Below, piece after piece: positions 9,276 to 18,505 of a stretch of 64,000 nucleotides of DNA. Within the stretch, counting starts at the first letter, position 1. Each line of letters opens with the position of its first letter. The DNA lies in contig CAMEVC010000011.1 of the NCBI GenBank assembly GCA_945939115.1, positions 7,509-71,508 on the forward strand. The letters are read 5' to 3'. A program made the translations under genes and the position numbers. The stretch is from an uncultured Eubacterium sp. (GTDB lineage Bacteria > Bacillota > Clostridia > Lachnospirales > Lachnospiraceae). The notes under the pieces are model-generated. The model ran no database searches and was not told the origin of the DNA. It saw only the letters and a program-made list of their open reading frames with translations.

Positions 9276-9336
9276 CACCAGGGGCATAGAGCCTCTGGTG
9301 TTATTTGTTTGCGCGCCATGGGCGCGCTATTTTTTG
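9276..9336 (+). terminator. Tandem hairpin rho-independent terminator closing the pilin-like operon
   Basis: Hairpin 1 is CACCAGGGG..CCTCTGGTG (9276-9300). Hairpin 2 is the perfect GC palindrome GCGCGCC-ATG-GGCGCGC (9311-9327), followed by TATTTTTTG. Confidence 0.8.
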
Positions 9337-9416
9337 CTCAATTTATCAGGCGAGTTTTATTACTGTTATTGATCAAATGGTATGTTTGTTCATATATAAA
9401 ATTATGGAAAAGTATA

Positions 9417-9445
9417 TTGACAAACACTGGTTTATAATATACTAT
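9417..9445 (+). promoter_or_regulatory. Candidate sigma-A promoter for comM-dprA-topA-codY
   Basis: TTGACA (9417-9422), 17-nt spacer, TACTAT (9440-9445). A second perfect TTGACA at 9466-9471 has no good -10. The genome is AT-rich, so chance matches are likely. Confidence 0.3.
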
Positions 9446-9593
9446 AAATATATATCTGATATGTATTGACATATTCTTGATAATCTATGGCATATAAAGT
9501 GCCATCTAATAACATTTCATCCACAGGCCGCACGACCTGGTGGAGTATTTTACCTGAGGTTAACTGAATAGTGGATAAGAACGGGAGGATTGC

Positions 9594-11147
9594 TTGTATA
9601 GTAGTGTGATGAGCAGTGTTTTGCATGGACTGAAAGCAGAACTGGTAAGAGTTGAAGTTGATGTGGGGAATGGGCTGCCGAGTTTTGAAATGAGTGGCTT
9701 TTTGGGAAACGAAGTTAAAGAAGCCAGGGAGAGAGTCAGGGTTGCAATAAGAAATTCTGGATTTGAACTGCCGCCCCAGAGGGTTGTTGTCAATATTTCT
9801 CCGGCAGATTTAAGAAAGCATGGCACAGGGTTTGACTTACCTATAGCGATAGCTATACTTGCTGCTAACGGTTTCATAGATGAGGCGAGACTAAGTAAAA
9901 CTATAGTGTTGGGAGAATTAAGTCTTAATGGTGGAATTAACGGTATAAGGGGCGTATTGCCCTGTATATGCGAAGGTAAGAATACAGGGATAGAACAGTT
10001 TATTATACCTGTAGATAACGAAAATGAAGGCTGTATTGTTGGAGGAATTAAGGTTGTTGCGGTATCAAATCTTCGAGATGCTGTAAATTATATTAATGGT
10101 GCAATAGATGTTTGCAGAGATAATCTTGATGATGAAAGAAATAATATTACCAGAACGGATAGTGATAAGCTTGATTATTTGGATATTAAGGGGCAGGCAG
10201 CGGCTAAGAGAGCAACTATGATAGCGGTTGCCGGTATGCATAATATTATGTATATTGGTCCTCCGGGAAGTGGAAAAACAATGCTTGCGAAGCGTATACC
10301 TACTATAATGCCGGATATGACATTTGAAGAAAAGCTTGCAGTTACTAATATATATAGTGTTGCAGGGCAGCTTGGCGCCGGTGAAGGACTGGCGGAAGTA
10401 AGACCTTTCAGGGCACCTTATCACAATGTGACCCGTAGTGCTTTTTTTGGCGGAGGAATGTATCCTCGGCCGGGGGAGGTGACTCTTGCGGGAAAGGGTG
10501 TATTGTTTCTTGATGAAATGACAGAATTCAAACCGGATATACTTGAAGGATTAAGGCAGCCTCTGGAGGACAGAAAAATAACAATTGTGAGACTGGGCAA
10601 TTCATATACATATCCAACAGATTTTATGCTGGTTGGAGCGATGAATCCATGCAAATGCGGTTATTATCCGGATCGTAACAGGTGTAATTGTTCAGAACAG
10701 GAGATAAAGCGATTTCTGGGACGAATAAGTTTGCCTCTGTGGGATAGATTTGATATGTGTATTAAGACAGAGGAGATAGGTTATTCTCAGTTTGGCTCTG
10801 AGAGAGAGTCGTATTCCAACGAATCAGAAACAGATAAGGATTTGACTTCTGTCAGTATGGGGAAGGCTGTGAAGAGAGCAAGACAGGTACAACTTGAAAG
10901 ATTTAAGAAAAGTAATATTAATTTCAATTCACAGATGAGTGAAAAGGATATTAATAAGTTTTGTAAACTTGGGAGAGAAGAAAGTGCATTGATGAAGAAT
11001 ATATACGCCAAGAAGCATCTTACGGCACGAGGGTATTATAAGATACTAAAAACAGCAAGAACTATAGCAGATATAGAGGGAAATGATGATATTTCCATAA
11101 GTAATATAAGTGAAGCGTTCTGCCATAGAGGTATTCCGGGAGTGTGA
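9594..11147 (+). CDS. comM: YifB/ComM family Mg-chelatase-like AAA+ ATPase (competence-associated helicase)
   Basis: TTG start with a GGGAGGA RBS 5 nt upstream (alternative ATG at 9609). Supporting motifs are the N-terminal Lon-like domain (LVRVEVDVGNGLPSFEMSGF, GTGFDLPIAIAILA), Walker A GPPGSGKTMLAKR, VLFLDE and the Cys-rich CKCGYYPDRNRCNC. Confidence 0.9.
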   Translation: MYSSVMSSVLHGLKAELVRVEVDVGNGLPSFEMSGFLGNEVKEARERVRVAIRNSGFELPPQRVVVNISPADLRKHGTGFDLPIAIAILAANGFIDEARLSKTIVLGELSLNGGINGIRGVLPCICEGKNTGIEQFIIPVDNENEGCIVGGIKVVAVSNLRDAVNYINGAIDVCRDNLDDERNNITRTDSDKLDYLDIKGQAAAKRATMIAVAGMHNIMYIGPPGSGKTMLAKRIPTIMPDMTFEEKLAVTNIYSVAGQLGAGEGLAEVRPFRAPYHNVTRSAFFGGGMYPRPGEVTLAGKGVLFLDEMTEFKPDILEGLRQPLEDRKITIVRLGNSYTYPTDFMLVGAMNPCKCGYYPDRNRCNCSEQEIKRFLGRISLPLWDRFDMCIKTEEIGYSQFGSERESYSNESETDKDLTSVSMGKAVKRARQVQLERFKKSNINFNSQMSEKDINKFCKLGREESALMKNIYAKKHLTARGYYKILKTARTIADIEGNDDISISNISEAFCHRGIPGV

Positions 11148-12303
11148 GTATTTGAAAGAAGAATATTACTGGTATTGGGTTAATAATATAGCGGGGCTGT
11201 CTAATAAGAAGATAAGAGAGCTTCTTAAGGTGTTTGACAGCCCTGAGAGCGTATATAAAGCTTCGGAGCGGCTTTTATCAGCTGTCCAGGGATTAAAACA
11301 GAAGGATATAGAGGCAATTATAACCAATAAAAGGGACAATATTATATACACGGAATATTGCGGTCTTGAACAGAAGGGGATAAGATTCACATATCCGGGA
11401 GAGCAGAATTATCCGTCAAGACTTCTTAATATATATGATTATCCATATATACTATATTACAAAGGATGTCTTCCTGATGACAGTAAGCCCTCTGTATCAA
11501 TTGTTGGTGCAAGGAACTGCACAGAATACGGAAGGACAGTTGCAGAAATGTTTGCATCTGCATTTGCATCAATGGGAATTCAGGTTATAAGTGGAATGGC
11601 TTTGGGGATTGATGCGGCAGGACAGAGTGGAGCCGTTAAAGCAGGTGGATACAGCCTTGCGGTCCTTGGCTGTGGAGTTGATGTGTGTTATCCGAGAACT
11701 AATATTGAACTGTATACACAGCTTATAAAGACAGGGGGCATAGTGTCAGAATATCCGCCGGGAACACCGCCGAGAGCAGGACAGTTTCCATTAAGAAACA
11801 GGATAATAAGCGCACTTTCTGATGCTCTGGTTGTTGTGGAAGCACGACAGCAGAGCGGTTCACTGATAACAGCAGACCAGGCATTAGAACAGAACAGAGA
11901 TGTATATGTGGTTCCCGGGCGTATTGGGGATGCTTTGAGTGAAGGGTGCATGAAACTTATAAAACAGGGTGCAGAGATTATAACATCTCCACAGGATATA
12001 TGTGCAACGGAGGCAGTTGGAACATATGTAAATAATATTTTTTTAAAAAAGGATTCATGGAGTGATTCAGCCTGTTGTACTGGAAAAAAAGAATCTGAAA
12101 AAAACAGTTTTGCAAAAACAGTACTTGCAAGCCCTAAAAATATGGTGTATAGTCAAATCAATTTGTTTCCTGTAAGTCTGGAGACGATTACAAAGAACTC
12201 TGGAATTGGTCTGGTAGAAGTTGAGGGGCTTTTACTTGAGCTGGAGCTTGAGGGGCTGATTAAAGAGGTGTCAAAGAATTATTATGTAAGGAAGCATATT
12301 TGA
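11110..12303 (+). CDS. dprA: DNA-processing protein DprA (Smf)
   Basis: Rossmann-like DprA core: IVGARNCTEYGRTVAEM, ISGMALGIDAAGQSGA, VLGCGVDVCYP, FPLRNRIISALSD, GSLITAD. GTG 11110 overlaps the comM end by 38 nt. An in-frame TTG at 11152 is an alternative start. Confidence 0.9.
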   Translation: MKRSAIEVFRECEYLKEEYYWYWVNNIAGLSNKKIRELLKVFDSPESVYKASERLLSAVQGLKQKDIEAIITNKRDNIIYTEYCGLEQKGIRFTYPGEQNYPSRLLNIYDYPYILYYKGCLPDDSKPSVSIVGARNCTEYGRTVAEMFASAFASMGIQVISGMALGIDAAGQSGAVKAGGYSLAVLGCGVDVCYPRTNIELYTQLIKTGGIVSEYPPGTPPRAGQFPLRNRIISALSDALVVVEARQQSGSLITADQALEQNRDVYVVPGRIGDALSEGCMKLIKQGAEIITSPQDICATEAVGTYVNNIFLKKDSWSDSACCTGKKESEKNSFAKTVLASPKNMVYSQINLFPVSLETITKNSGIGLVEVEGLLLELELEGLIKEVSKNYYVRKHI

Positions 12304-12318
12304 TTTGGAGGGTAATAG

Positions 12319-14394
12319 ATGCATAAGTATTTGGTTATTGTGGAGTCGCCTGCCAAGGTTAAGACAATTAGTAAGTTCTTAGGTTCTAATTATAAGGTTA
12401 TGGCATCGCAGGGACATGTGAGGGATCTTCCTAAGAGCCAGATGGGAGTAGACATAGAACATGATTATGAGCCGAAATATATTACAATCAGGGGTAAAGG
12501 GGATATACTTGCCGCACTGAGAAAGGAAGCTAAGAAGGCTGATAAAGTATATCTTGCAACCGATCCCGACCGGGAAGGAGAGGCTATTTCATGGCATCTG
12601 GCAGCGGCACTTAAGCTTGACGAAAAGGATATATACAGAATTACATTCAATGAGATTACTAAGAATGCAGTAAAGGCTTCATTGAAGGAAGCCAGAAAGA
12701 TAGACATGAATCTTGTTGATGCACAGCAGTCAAGGCGCGTTCTTGACCGCATTGTAGGATATGGAATCAGCCCGCTCCTGTGGGTTAAGATTAAGAGAGG
12801 CTTAAGTGCAGGAAGAGTCCAGTCGGTTGCATTAAGGATTATATGCGACAGGGAGAATGAAATAGATGCATTTATTCCTGAAGAATATTGGACAATGGAA
12901 GCTGTGCTTAACATTAAAGGTGAGAAGAAGCCACTTGTTGCCAGGTTCTATGGAGATGAGAACGGTAAAATAGATATCAAGAATGAAGAACAGATGAATA
13001 AGATTCTTGATGAGGTTAAGCGGAGCAGCTTTAAGGTTGAGAGTATCAAGAAAGGGGAGAAGGTTAAGAAGTCACCACTTCCGTTTACAACGAGTACTCT
13101 TCAGCAGGAAGCAGCTAAGACACTTAATATGTCAACCAAGAGAACTATGAATATTGCACAGCAGCTCTATGAGGGTGTAGATATTAAGGGAAAGGGTACC
13201 ATCGGTATCATAACCTATTTGAGAACTGATTCTACAAGAGTTGCTGATGAGGCTAAGGAAGCTTCTAAGGATTATATAAGCGCAAATTATGGTGATAAAT
13301 ATCTTCTTGAGGGCAGGTCTTCCAAAAAGGACGACAAGAAGATTCAGGATGCACATGAGGCTATTAGACCAACAGATTTATCACTTTCGCCGTCAGTTGT
13401 TAAGGATTCTCTGCAACGTGACCAGTTCCGACTGTATCAGCTCATATGGAAGAGATTCATTGCAAGCCAGATGGCTCCTGCTGTGTATGAAACAACATCG
13501 GTAAAGATTGCTGCAGGCAGGTATCGTTTTACAGTAGCAGCATCTAAGGTGGCTTTTGACGGATTTATGTCTGTGTATAAGAATGAAGATGATAATGAAG
13601 AGACAAACACACTGGCTAAAGGTCTGGATGAGAATTCTGTATTAACCTTAGAGGATGTTAACGGTGTTCAGCATTTTACACAGCCGCCTGCTCATTTTAC
13701 AGAGGCTTCACTGGTTAAGACTCTTGAAGAGCAGGGAATTGGACGTCCAAGTACTTATGCACCTACAATATCAACTATTATTGCAAGGCATTATGTTGTA
13801 AAAGAGAATAAGAATCTGTATGTGTCTGAACTTGGAATGGCAGTCAACAACATTATGATGACATCTTTTCCAACTATAGTGGATGTTAAGTTTACCGCCA
13901 ATATGGAGTCACTTCTTGATGGAGTGGCAGAGGGGACAGTGGAGTGGAAGGAGATTATAAGAAATTTCTATCCGGATCTGAAGGTTGCTATTGATGAGGC
14001 AGAGAAACAGTTAGAACATGTCAAAATCGAAGATGAGGTTACAGATGTAATCTGTGATAAATGTGGAAGAAATATGGTTGTAAAATATGGCCCACATGGA
14101 AAGTTCCTTGGATGTCCGGGATTTCCGGAGTGCCATAATACCAAGCCTTATCTTGAAAAGATTGGTGTTTCTTGTCCAAAGTGTGGAAAGGATGTAATAT
14201 TAAAGAAGACCAAAAAGGGAAGAATGTTCTATGGCTGTGAAGGGTATCCTGAATGCGATTTTGTTTCATGGCAGAAGCCTTCTGACAAGAAGTGCCAGAA
14301 ATGTGGCGGATATATGGTAGAGAAGGGGAATAAACTTGTATGCGCAGATGAGACCTGCGGATACGTGGAAACTAAGAGTAATGATGAACAATAA
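12319..14394 (+). CDS. topA: DNA topoisomerase I (type IA)
   Basis: TOPRIM N-terminus LVIVESPAKVKTISKFLG and DPDREGEAISWH. Active-site region ITYLRTDS. C-terminal tandem Cys4 zinc ribbons (CDKCGRNM..CPGFPEC, CPKCGKD..CEGYPEC, CQKCGG). Confidence 0.97.
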   Translation: MHKYLVIVESPAKVKTISKFLGSNYKVMASQGHVRDLPKSQMGVDIEHDYEPKYITIRGKGDILAALRKEAKKADKVYLATDPDREGEAISWHLAAALKLDEKDIYRITFNEITKNAVKASLKEARKIDMNLVDAQQSRRVLDRIVGYGISPLLWVKIKRGLSAGRVQSVALRIICDRENEIDAFIPEEYWTMEAVLNIKGEKKPLVARFYGDENGKIDIKNEEQMNKILDEVKRSSFKVESIKKGEKVKKSPLPFTTSTLQQEAAKTLNMSTKRTMNIAQQLYEGVDIKGKGTIGIITYLRTDSTRVADEAKEASKDYISANYGDKYLLEGRSSKKDDKKIQDAHEAIRPTDLSLSPSVVKDSLQRDQFRLYQLIWKRFIASQMAPAVYETTSVKIAAGRYRFTVAASKVAFDGFMSVYKNEDDNEETNTLAKGLDENSVLTLEDVNGVQHFTQPPAHFTEASLVKTLEEQGIGRPSTYAPTISTIIARHYVVKENKNLYVSELGMAVNNIMMTSFPTIVDVKFTANMESLLDGVAEGTVEWKEIIRNFYPDLKVAIDEAEKQLEHVKIEDEVTDVICDKCGRNMVVKYGPHGKFLGCPGFPECHNTKPYLEKIGVSCPKCGKDVILKKTKKGRMFYGCEGYPECDFVSWQKPSDKKCQKCGGYMVEKGNKLVCADETCGYVETKSNDEQ

Positions 14395-14435
14395 TTACAA
14401 AAGATTATTGTTTTGTGAAAGATGGGGGATATACA

Positions 14436-15206
14436 ATGAGTGTTCAGCTTCTTGATAAGACAAGGAAAATCAATAAGTTGCTCCACAATAATCACTCGCA
14501 GAGAGTGGAATTTAATGATATATGTGATGTGTTAAGTGGAATACTTGAGTCTAATATTCTTGTGATAAGCAGGAAAGGTAAGATTCTTGGAGCAGGGTAC
14601 TACAGTAATATTGACAGAATAGGCGAACTGATTACGGCTGATGTGGGCGGATTTGTAGATTCTATGTTTAATGAAAGACTGCTGGGGGTTCTTTCAACTA
14701 AGGAGAATGTTAATCTGCTGACATTAGGATTTACCAGTGGGAATGAAAGAAAGTTCAAAGCACTGATTGCACCGATAGATATAGCGGGGGAGCGTCTGGG
14801 AACGCTCTTTATGTACAAATGCGTCAATGATTATGAGATAGAGGACATTATATTAAGCGAGTACGGAACAACTGTGGTCGGTCTTGAGATGATGAACTCA
14901 GTTAATAAAGAAAATGCTGAGGATGAGAGAAAAAAGAAGATAATCAAATCGGCAATTGGCACACTCTCTGCATCTGAACTTCAGGCTATCAAAGCGGTTT
15001 TTGCTGAACTTGACGGCATGGAGGGAATACTTGTTGCCAGCAGAATTGCTGACAGGACTGGTATTACACGCTCTGTTATAGTTAATGCATTAAAGAAATT
15101 TGACAGTGCAGGTGTTATTTCAACCAAATCATCAGGAATGAAAGGAACTAAAATAAAAGTTCTCAATGAAGTTGTTTTTGATGAGATAAAAAAACTTGAT
15201 GAATAA
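14436..15206 (+). CDS. codY: GTP/BCAA-sensing pleiotropic transcriptional repressor CodY
   Basis: Near-collinear with B. subtilis CodY as I remember it (GERLGTL, LSASELQAIKAVFAELDG.EG.LVAS.IADR.GITRSVIVNALKK..SAGVI...S.GMKGT.IKVLN). The ORF track starts at GTG 14415; I prefer ATG 14436, which follows GGGGGA. Confidence 0.95.
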   Translation: MSVQLLDKTRKINKLLHNNHSQRVEFNDICDVLSGILESNILVISRKGKILGAGYYSNIDRIGELITADVGGFVDSMFNERLLGVLSTKENVNLLTLGFTSGNERKFKALIAPIDIAGERLGTLFMYKCVNDYEIEDIILSEYGTTVVGLEMMNSVNKENAEDERKKKIIKSAIGTLSASELQAIKAVFAELDGMEGILVASRIADRTGITRSVIVNALKKFDSAGVISTKSSGMKGTKIKVLNEVVFDEIKKLDE

Positions 15207-15256
15207 TGTATATTATTGTATAATTAATACAGCTTACGGAGTGAGTTGTATAAAGG

Positions 15257-15289
15257 ATGGATCCACTTATGGGTCCATTTTTTGTTTTT
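15257..15289 (+). terminator. Rho-independent terminator after codY
   Basis: Stem ATGGATCC / GGGTCCAT (8 bp with one G-U pair), 6-nt loop, then TTTTTTGTTTTT. Confidence 0.7.
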
Positions 15290-15386
15290 ACAGGATAATT
15301 TATTCCGTTCTAACTAAATATGGTATTTCAATATGACATGGAATACAATATTATGTGATTTTTTTACTAAAAATGCCAAAAAAATC

Positions 15387-15414
15387 TTGTTTTTTCGGCA
15401 TTATAATTTATAAT
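15387..15414 (+). promoter_or_regulatory. Candidate sigma-A promoter of the fla/che operon
   Basis: TTGTTT (15387-15392), 16-nt spacer, TATAAT (15409-15414), ~85 nt upstream of the flgB ATG. It sits in the only large non-coding gap before the operon. Confidence 0.45.
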
Positions 15415-15498
15415 GATAATTAGTGTTTTTATGTTCTCTAATTATGCTCATTTTGAGATACAATTCGGGATACATATGAAATCAGTCAGGAAAGGAAG

Positions 15499-15897
15499 AT
15501 GTATATGGGCTCAGGAGCTTTTGGTTATGTGAATTTACTTAAGACAGCAGCGGATGCGAGCTGGACAAGAGAAGAGGTTCTTACTAATAACATTGCTAAT
15601 GTTGATACACCTAATTATAAGAGACAGGATGTTGAGTTTCAGTCATATCTTGCCAATGCACTGCAGCGTTCGGGAAGTAATGCAAATTCTCTTACACAGA
15701 GAGTTAACAATGTTAACTACAATGATATTGCCATAAGAACATATACAGATAACAGTACGCTTTCATACAGGAAGGATGGCAATAATGTAGATCTTTCTAC
15801 TGAGAATGTGGAACTTGCATCAGAACAGATTAATTATAATGCACTCATAGACAGTATGAATAATGAATTTTCAAGATTTAAGGCAGTTATTAAGTGA
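15499..15897 (+). CDS. flgB: Flagellar basal-body rod protein FlgB
   Basis: Rod-protein N-terminal motif LTNNIANVDTPNYKRQDV. C-terminal SEQINYNALI. First gene in the flgB-flgC-fliE order. Confidence 0.93.
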   Translation: MYMGSGAFGYVNLLKTAADASWTREEVLTNNIANVDTPNYKRQDVEFQSYLANALQRSGSNANSLTQRVNNVNYNDIAIRTYTDNSTLSYRKDGNNVDLSTENVELASEQINYNALIDSMNNEFSRFKAVIK

Positions 15898-15928
15898 TTA
15901 TATATTAAGAGTGGAAGGGGGATAGCTT

Positions 15929-16429
15929 ATGTCAATGTTTACAGCTTTTAATGTGAGTGCTTCAGGAATGACAGCACAGCAGTTAAGGACAGATGTTATA
16001 TCTGAGAATATTGCTAATGCAGATACAACAAGAACTAAAGATGGAACTCCATATGTGCGTAAGGCCGTTGTGTTTACCGAGAAGACTATGACAGGTACAG
16101 CAATCGGGAAGCCGGCATATGGCTCTTATGGAACGGGGGCTTATTCAACTTTTTCAGATGCATTAAGGCTTGCTAATGGGGGAGTTGTCGGAAGCGGAGT
16201 TAAGGTTACTTCAGTATATGAAGATACATCAACTGATATGGAACGTGTCTATGATCCTTCACATCCGGATGCAGATGAGAATGGCTATGTAACTTATCCT
16301 AATGTCAATATAGTACAGGAGATGACAGATCTTATTGATGCATCCCGTTCATACGAGGCTAATATCTCAGCGTTTAATGCGAGTAAGTCTATGGCAACTA
16401 AGGGACTCTCAATAGGTTCTACAACATAA
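15929..16429 (+). CDS. flgC: Flagellar basal-body rod protein FlgC
   Basis: SASGMTAQQLRTDVISENIANADTTRT, YPNVNIVQEMTDLIDASRSYEANI. Confidence 0.95.
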   Translation: MSMFTAFNVSASGMTAQQLRTDVISENIANADTTRTKDGTPYVRKAVVFTEKTMTGTAIGKPAYGSYGTGAYSTFSDALRLANGGVVGSGVKVTSVYEDTSTDMERVYDPSHPDADENGYVTYPNVNIVQEMTDLIDASRSYEANISAFNASKSMATKGLSIGSTT

Positions 16430-16490
16430 CAGATGCCTGATGATTAAATGTGGCAGATTGTGATATTTAGGTGGAAAGAGGAGAATATAT

Positions 16491-16829
16491 ATGGATTTAA
16501 CAAGCGCAATAGGAACTCTGGGCAATGATTATGTCAATAAGATTACTTCGGCTATGAAGGAAAATGCAGGACTTAATAAGACCAACAGTACGGATGCAGA
16601 TACTACATTTGATGCTATATATGATTCTGTTGCAGGGCTTCTTAACAGCACTAATTCTTATGTTCAGAGAGCACAGCAGGCGGAGATTGACTTTGCCCTT
16701 GGAAATATGACTAATACCCATGAATTAGGAGTATATCAGCAGGAAGCGAATATTGCACTTCAGTATACAGTTGCAATAAGAGATAAGGCATTGGAGGCCT
16801 ATAACTCTATTATGAATATGTCAATGTAA
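16491..16829 (+). CDS. fliE: Flagellar hook-basal body complex protein FliE
   Basis: Size (112 aa), position, and the conserved C-terminal half (HELGVYQQEANIALQYTVAIRDKALEAYNSIMNM). Confidence 0.9.
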   Translation: MDLTSAIGTLGNDYVNKITSAMKENAGLNKTNSTDADTTFDAIYDSVAGLLNSTNSYVQRAQQAEIDFALGNMTNTHELGVYQQEANIALQYTVAIRDKALEAYNSIMNMSM

Positions 16830-16842
16830 ATAGGGGTTTTAT

Positions 16843-18453
16843 ATGTTAGATAGATTGAAACAGATTCCGGAAAGACTTCTTGAAATGTGGAAGAGCTGGA
16901 CAAAGACGCAGAAGATTATAATTGTGAGTGCAGTGGCAGCTTTCATTGCAGCGGTAGTCATAATAGCATACATTCTGTCAAGACCTGATTATCAGGAACT
17001 TACTAAATGCGAAGACTACAGTGAGATGAATACTGTAACCACTCTGCTTACAGATAATAATTATAAGTATGAAATAGATAATATGACGGTTAAGGTTGAG
17101 AAGAAGAACCTCACGAATGCCAAGATGCTTATTGCATCTAATGATATCAAACCGTCAGGTTATTCTCTGGATGATGCGTTAAACAGCAGTCTTACTACTA
17201 CTGAGTCTGATAAGAATAAGAAATATGCCAAGTATCTGGAGACTAAGTTTGCCAATGATATAAGTTCACTTGATGGGGTGAAATCTGCTTCGGTCACAGT
17301 ACATTTGTCAGATGATACTAATTCTTTCTATGCAACTAAGAAGGATACGACTGTTGCAGTTACTATTGATACAACCAAGACACTTGGAGATGATACGGCG
17401 GAGAGTATTGCGGTTCTTCTCGCAACAGCAGTAGGTAACAGTAATACTAACGGTATTACAATTATTGATACGTCAGGAAAGACTCTTTTCAATGGTGCTG
17501 ACAATTCAGGTTCAACATCCAATATCGCCTATTCGAGCAAGCTGAAATATAAAGCTCAGATTGAGAATACAGTTGCCGCAAGTGTTAAGAATACAGCACT
17601 TTCAACATCACTGTTTAATGATGCTACAGTTGCTATTAATCTTGATCTTGACTGGGATACAGTCAATAAGATTGCTACAGAGTATCAGGCTCAGGAAGGC
17701 CGGGAAGAAGGATTATATAAGGATTCTTATGAACTTGAATCTAATGGAACTAATGGAGCAAGCGGAACTCCGGGAACAACAAGCAATGGAGAGAGTGGGA
17801 CTACATATGATCTTACGGATGGAACATCAAGTTCATCAACATATACAGTAAGGCAGTATTCTTATCTGCCTAATGAGTTTGTTACAACCACAACATCTGA
17901 TCCTGGAAAGATTGTTTATGATACTTCTACCATGGCAGTTACGCTTATCAAGAATATTATTTATAATGAGGATGAGTGCAAGAATCTGGGATATCTTGAC
18001 AATATGACATGGGATGAATTCAAGGCACAGAATGCTAATCCTGTACAGGTTGAAGTTAATAATGACTGGATGAATATGTTTTCTAATGCTACAGGAATCT
18101 CAACTGACAGGATTTCAGTGCTTGCATATAATGTGCCATATTTTTATGATACGCCTAAGACAAGTATATTAAACCGTGCTTCATTCTGGATACAGATTGC
18201 TCTTGCGGTAGCTATTCTTGGAATACTTGTTATTGTCGTATTAAGAAGTGCAAGACCACTCACGGTTGAGGAGAAAGAGCCGGAGCTTTCTGTGGAGGAA
18301 ATGCTTGCGTCAACTAAAGAGAACCAGCCTGGTGTCGATGAGATTGACCTTCAGGAGAAGTCTGAGACAAGGAAAGCTATTGAGAAATTCGTTGATGAGA
18401 ATCCGGAGGCAGTGGCATTGCTGCTTAGAAACTGGCTTAATGATGACTGGTGA
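16843..18453 (+). CDS. fliF: Flagellar M-ring protein FliF
   Basis: An N-terminal TM span and a C-terminal TM span flank a large periplasmic region. The C-terminal tail IEKFVDENPEAVALLLRNWL is the FliG-binding motif. Confidence 0.93.
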   Translation: MLDRLKQIPERLLEMWKSWTKTQKIIIVSAVAAFIAAVVIIAYILSRPDYQELTKCEDYSEMNTVTTLLTDNNYKYEIDNMTVKVEKKNLTNAKMLIASNDIKPSGYSLDDALNSSLTTTESDKNKKYAKYLETKFANDISSLDGVKSASVTVHLSDDTNSFYATKKDTTVAVTIDTTKTLGDDTAESIAVLLATAVGNSNTNGITIIDTSGKTLFNGADNSGSTSNIAYSSKLKYKAQIENTVAASVKNTALSTSLFNDATVAINLDLDWDTVNKIATEYQAQEGREEGLYKDSYELESNGTNGASGTPGTTSNGESGTTYDLTDGTSSSSTYTVRQYSYLPNEFVTTTTSDPGKIVYDTSTMAVTLIKNIIYNEDECKNLGYLDNMTWDEFKAQNANPVQVEVNNDWMNMFSNATGISTDRISVLAYNVPYFYDTPKTSILNRASFWIQIALAVAILGILVIVVLRSARPLTVEEKEPELSVEEMLASTKENQPGVDEIDLQEKSETRKAIEKFVDENPEAVALLLRNWLNDDW

Positions 18454-18505
18454 TTGACTCGGATTGTTACATACATTTGATACATTTTGATTGGAGATGA
18501 TACAT

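Noticed and set aside
15340-15386. AT-rich inverted repeat ATTTTTTTACTAAAAAT / AATGCCAAAAAAA..TTTTTTCGGCATT upstream of the flgB promoter, considered as a CodY box (consensus AATTTTCWGAAAATT).
   Set aside because: The best alignment I could make matches only about 9 of 15 positions. In this AT-rich spacer that is not distinguishable from chance.
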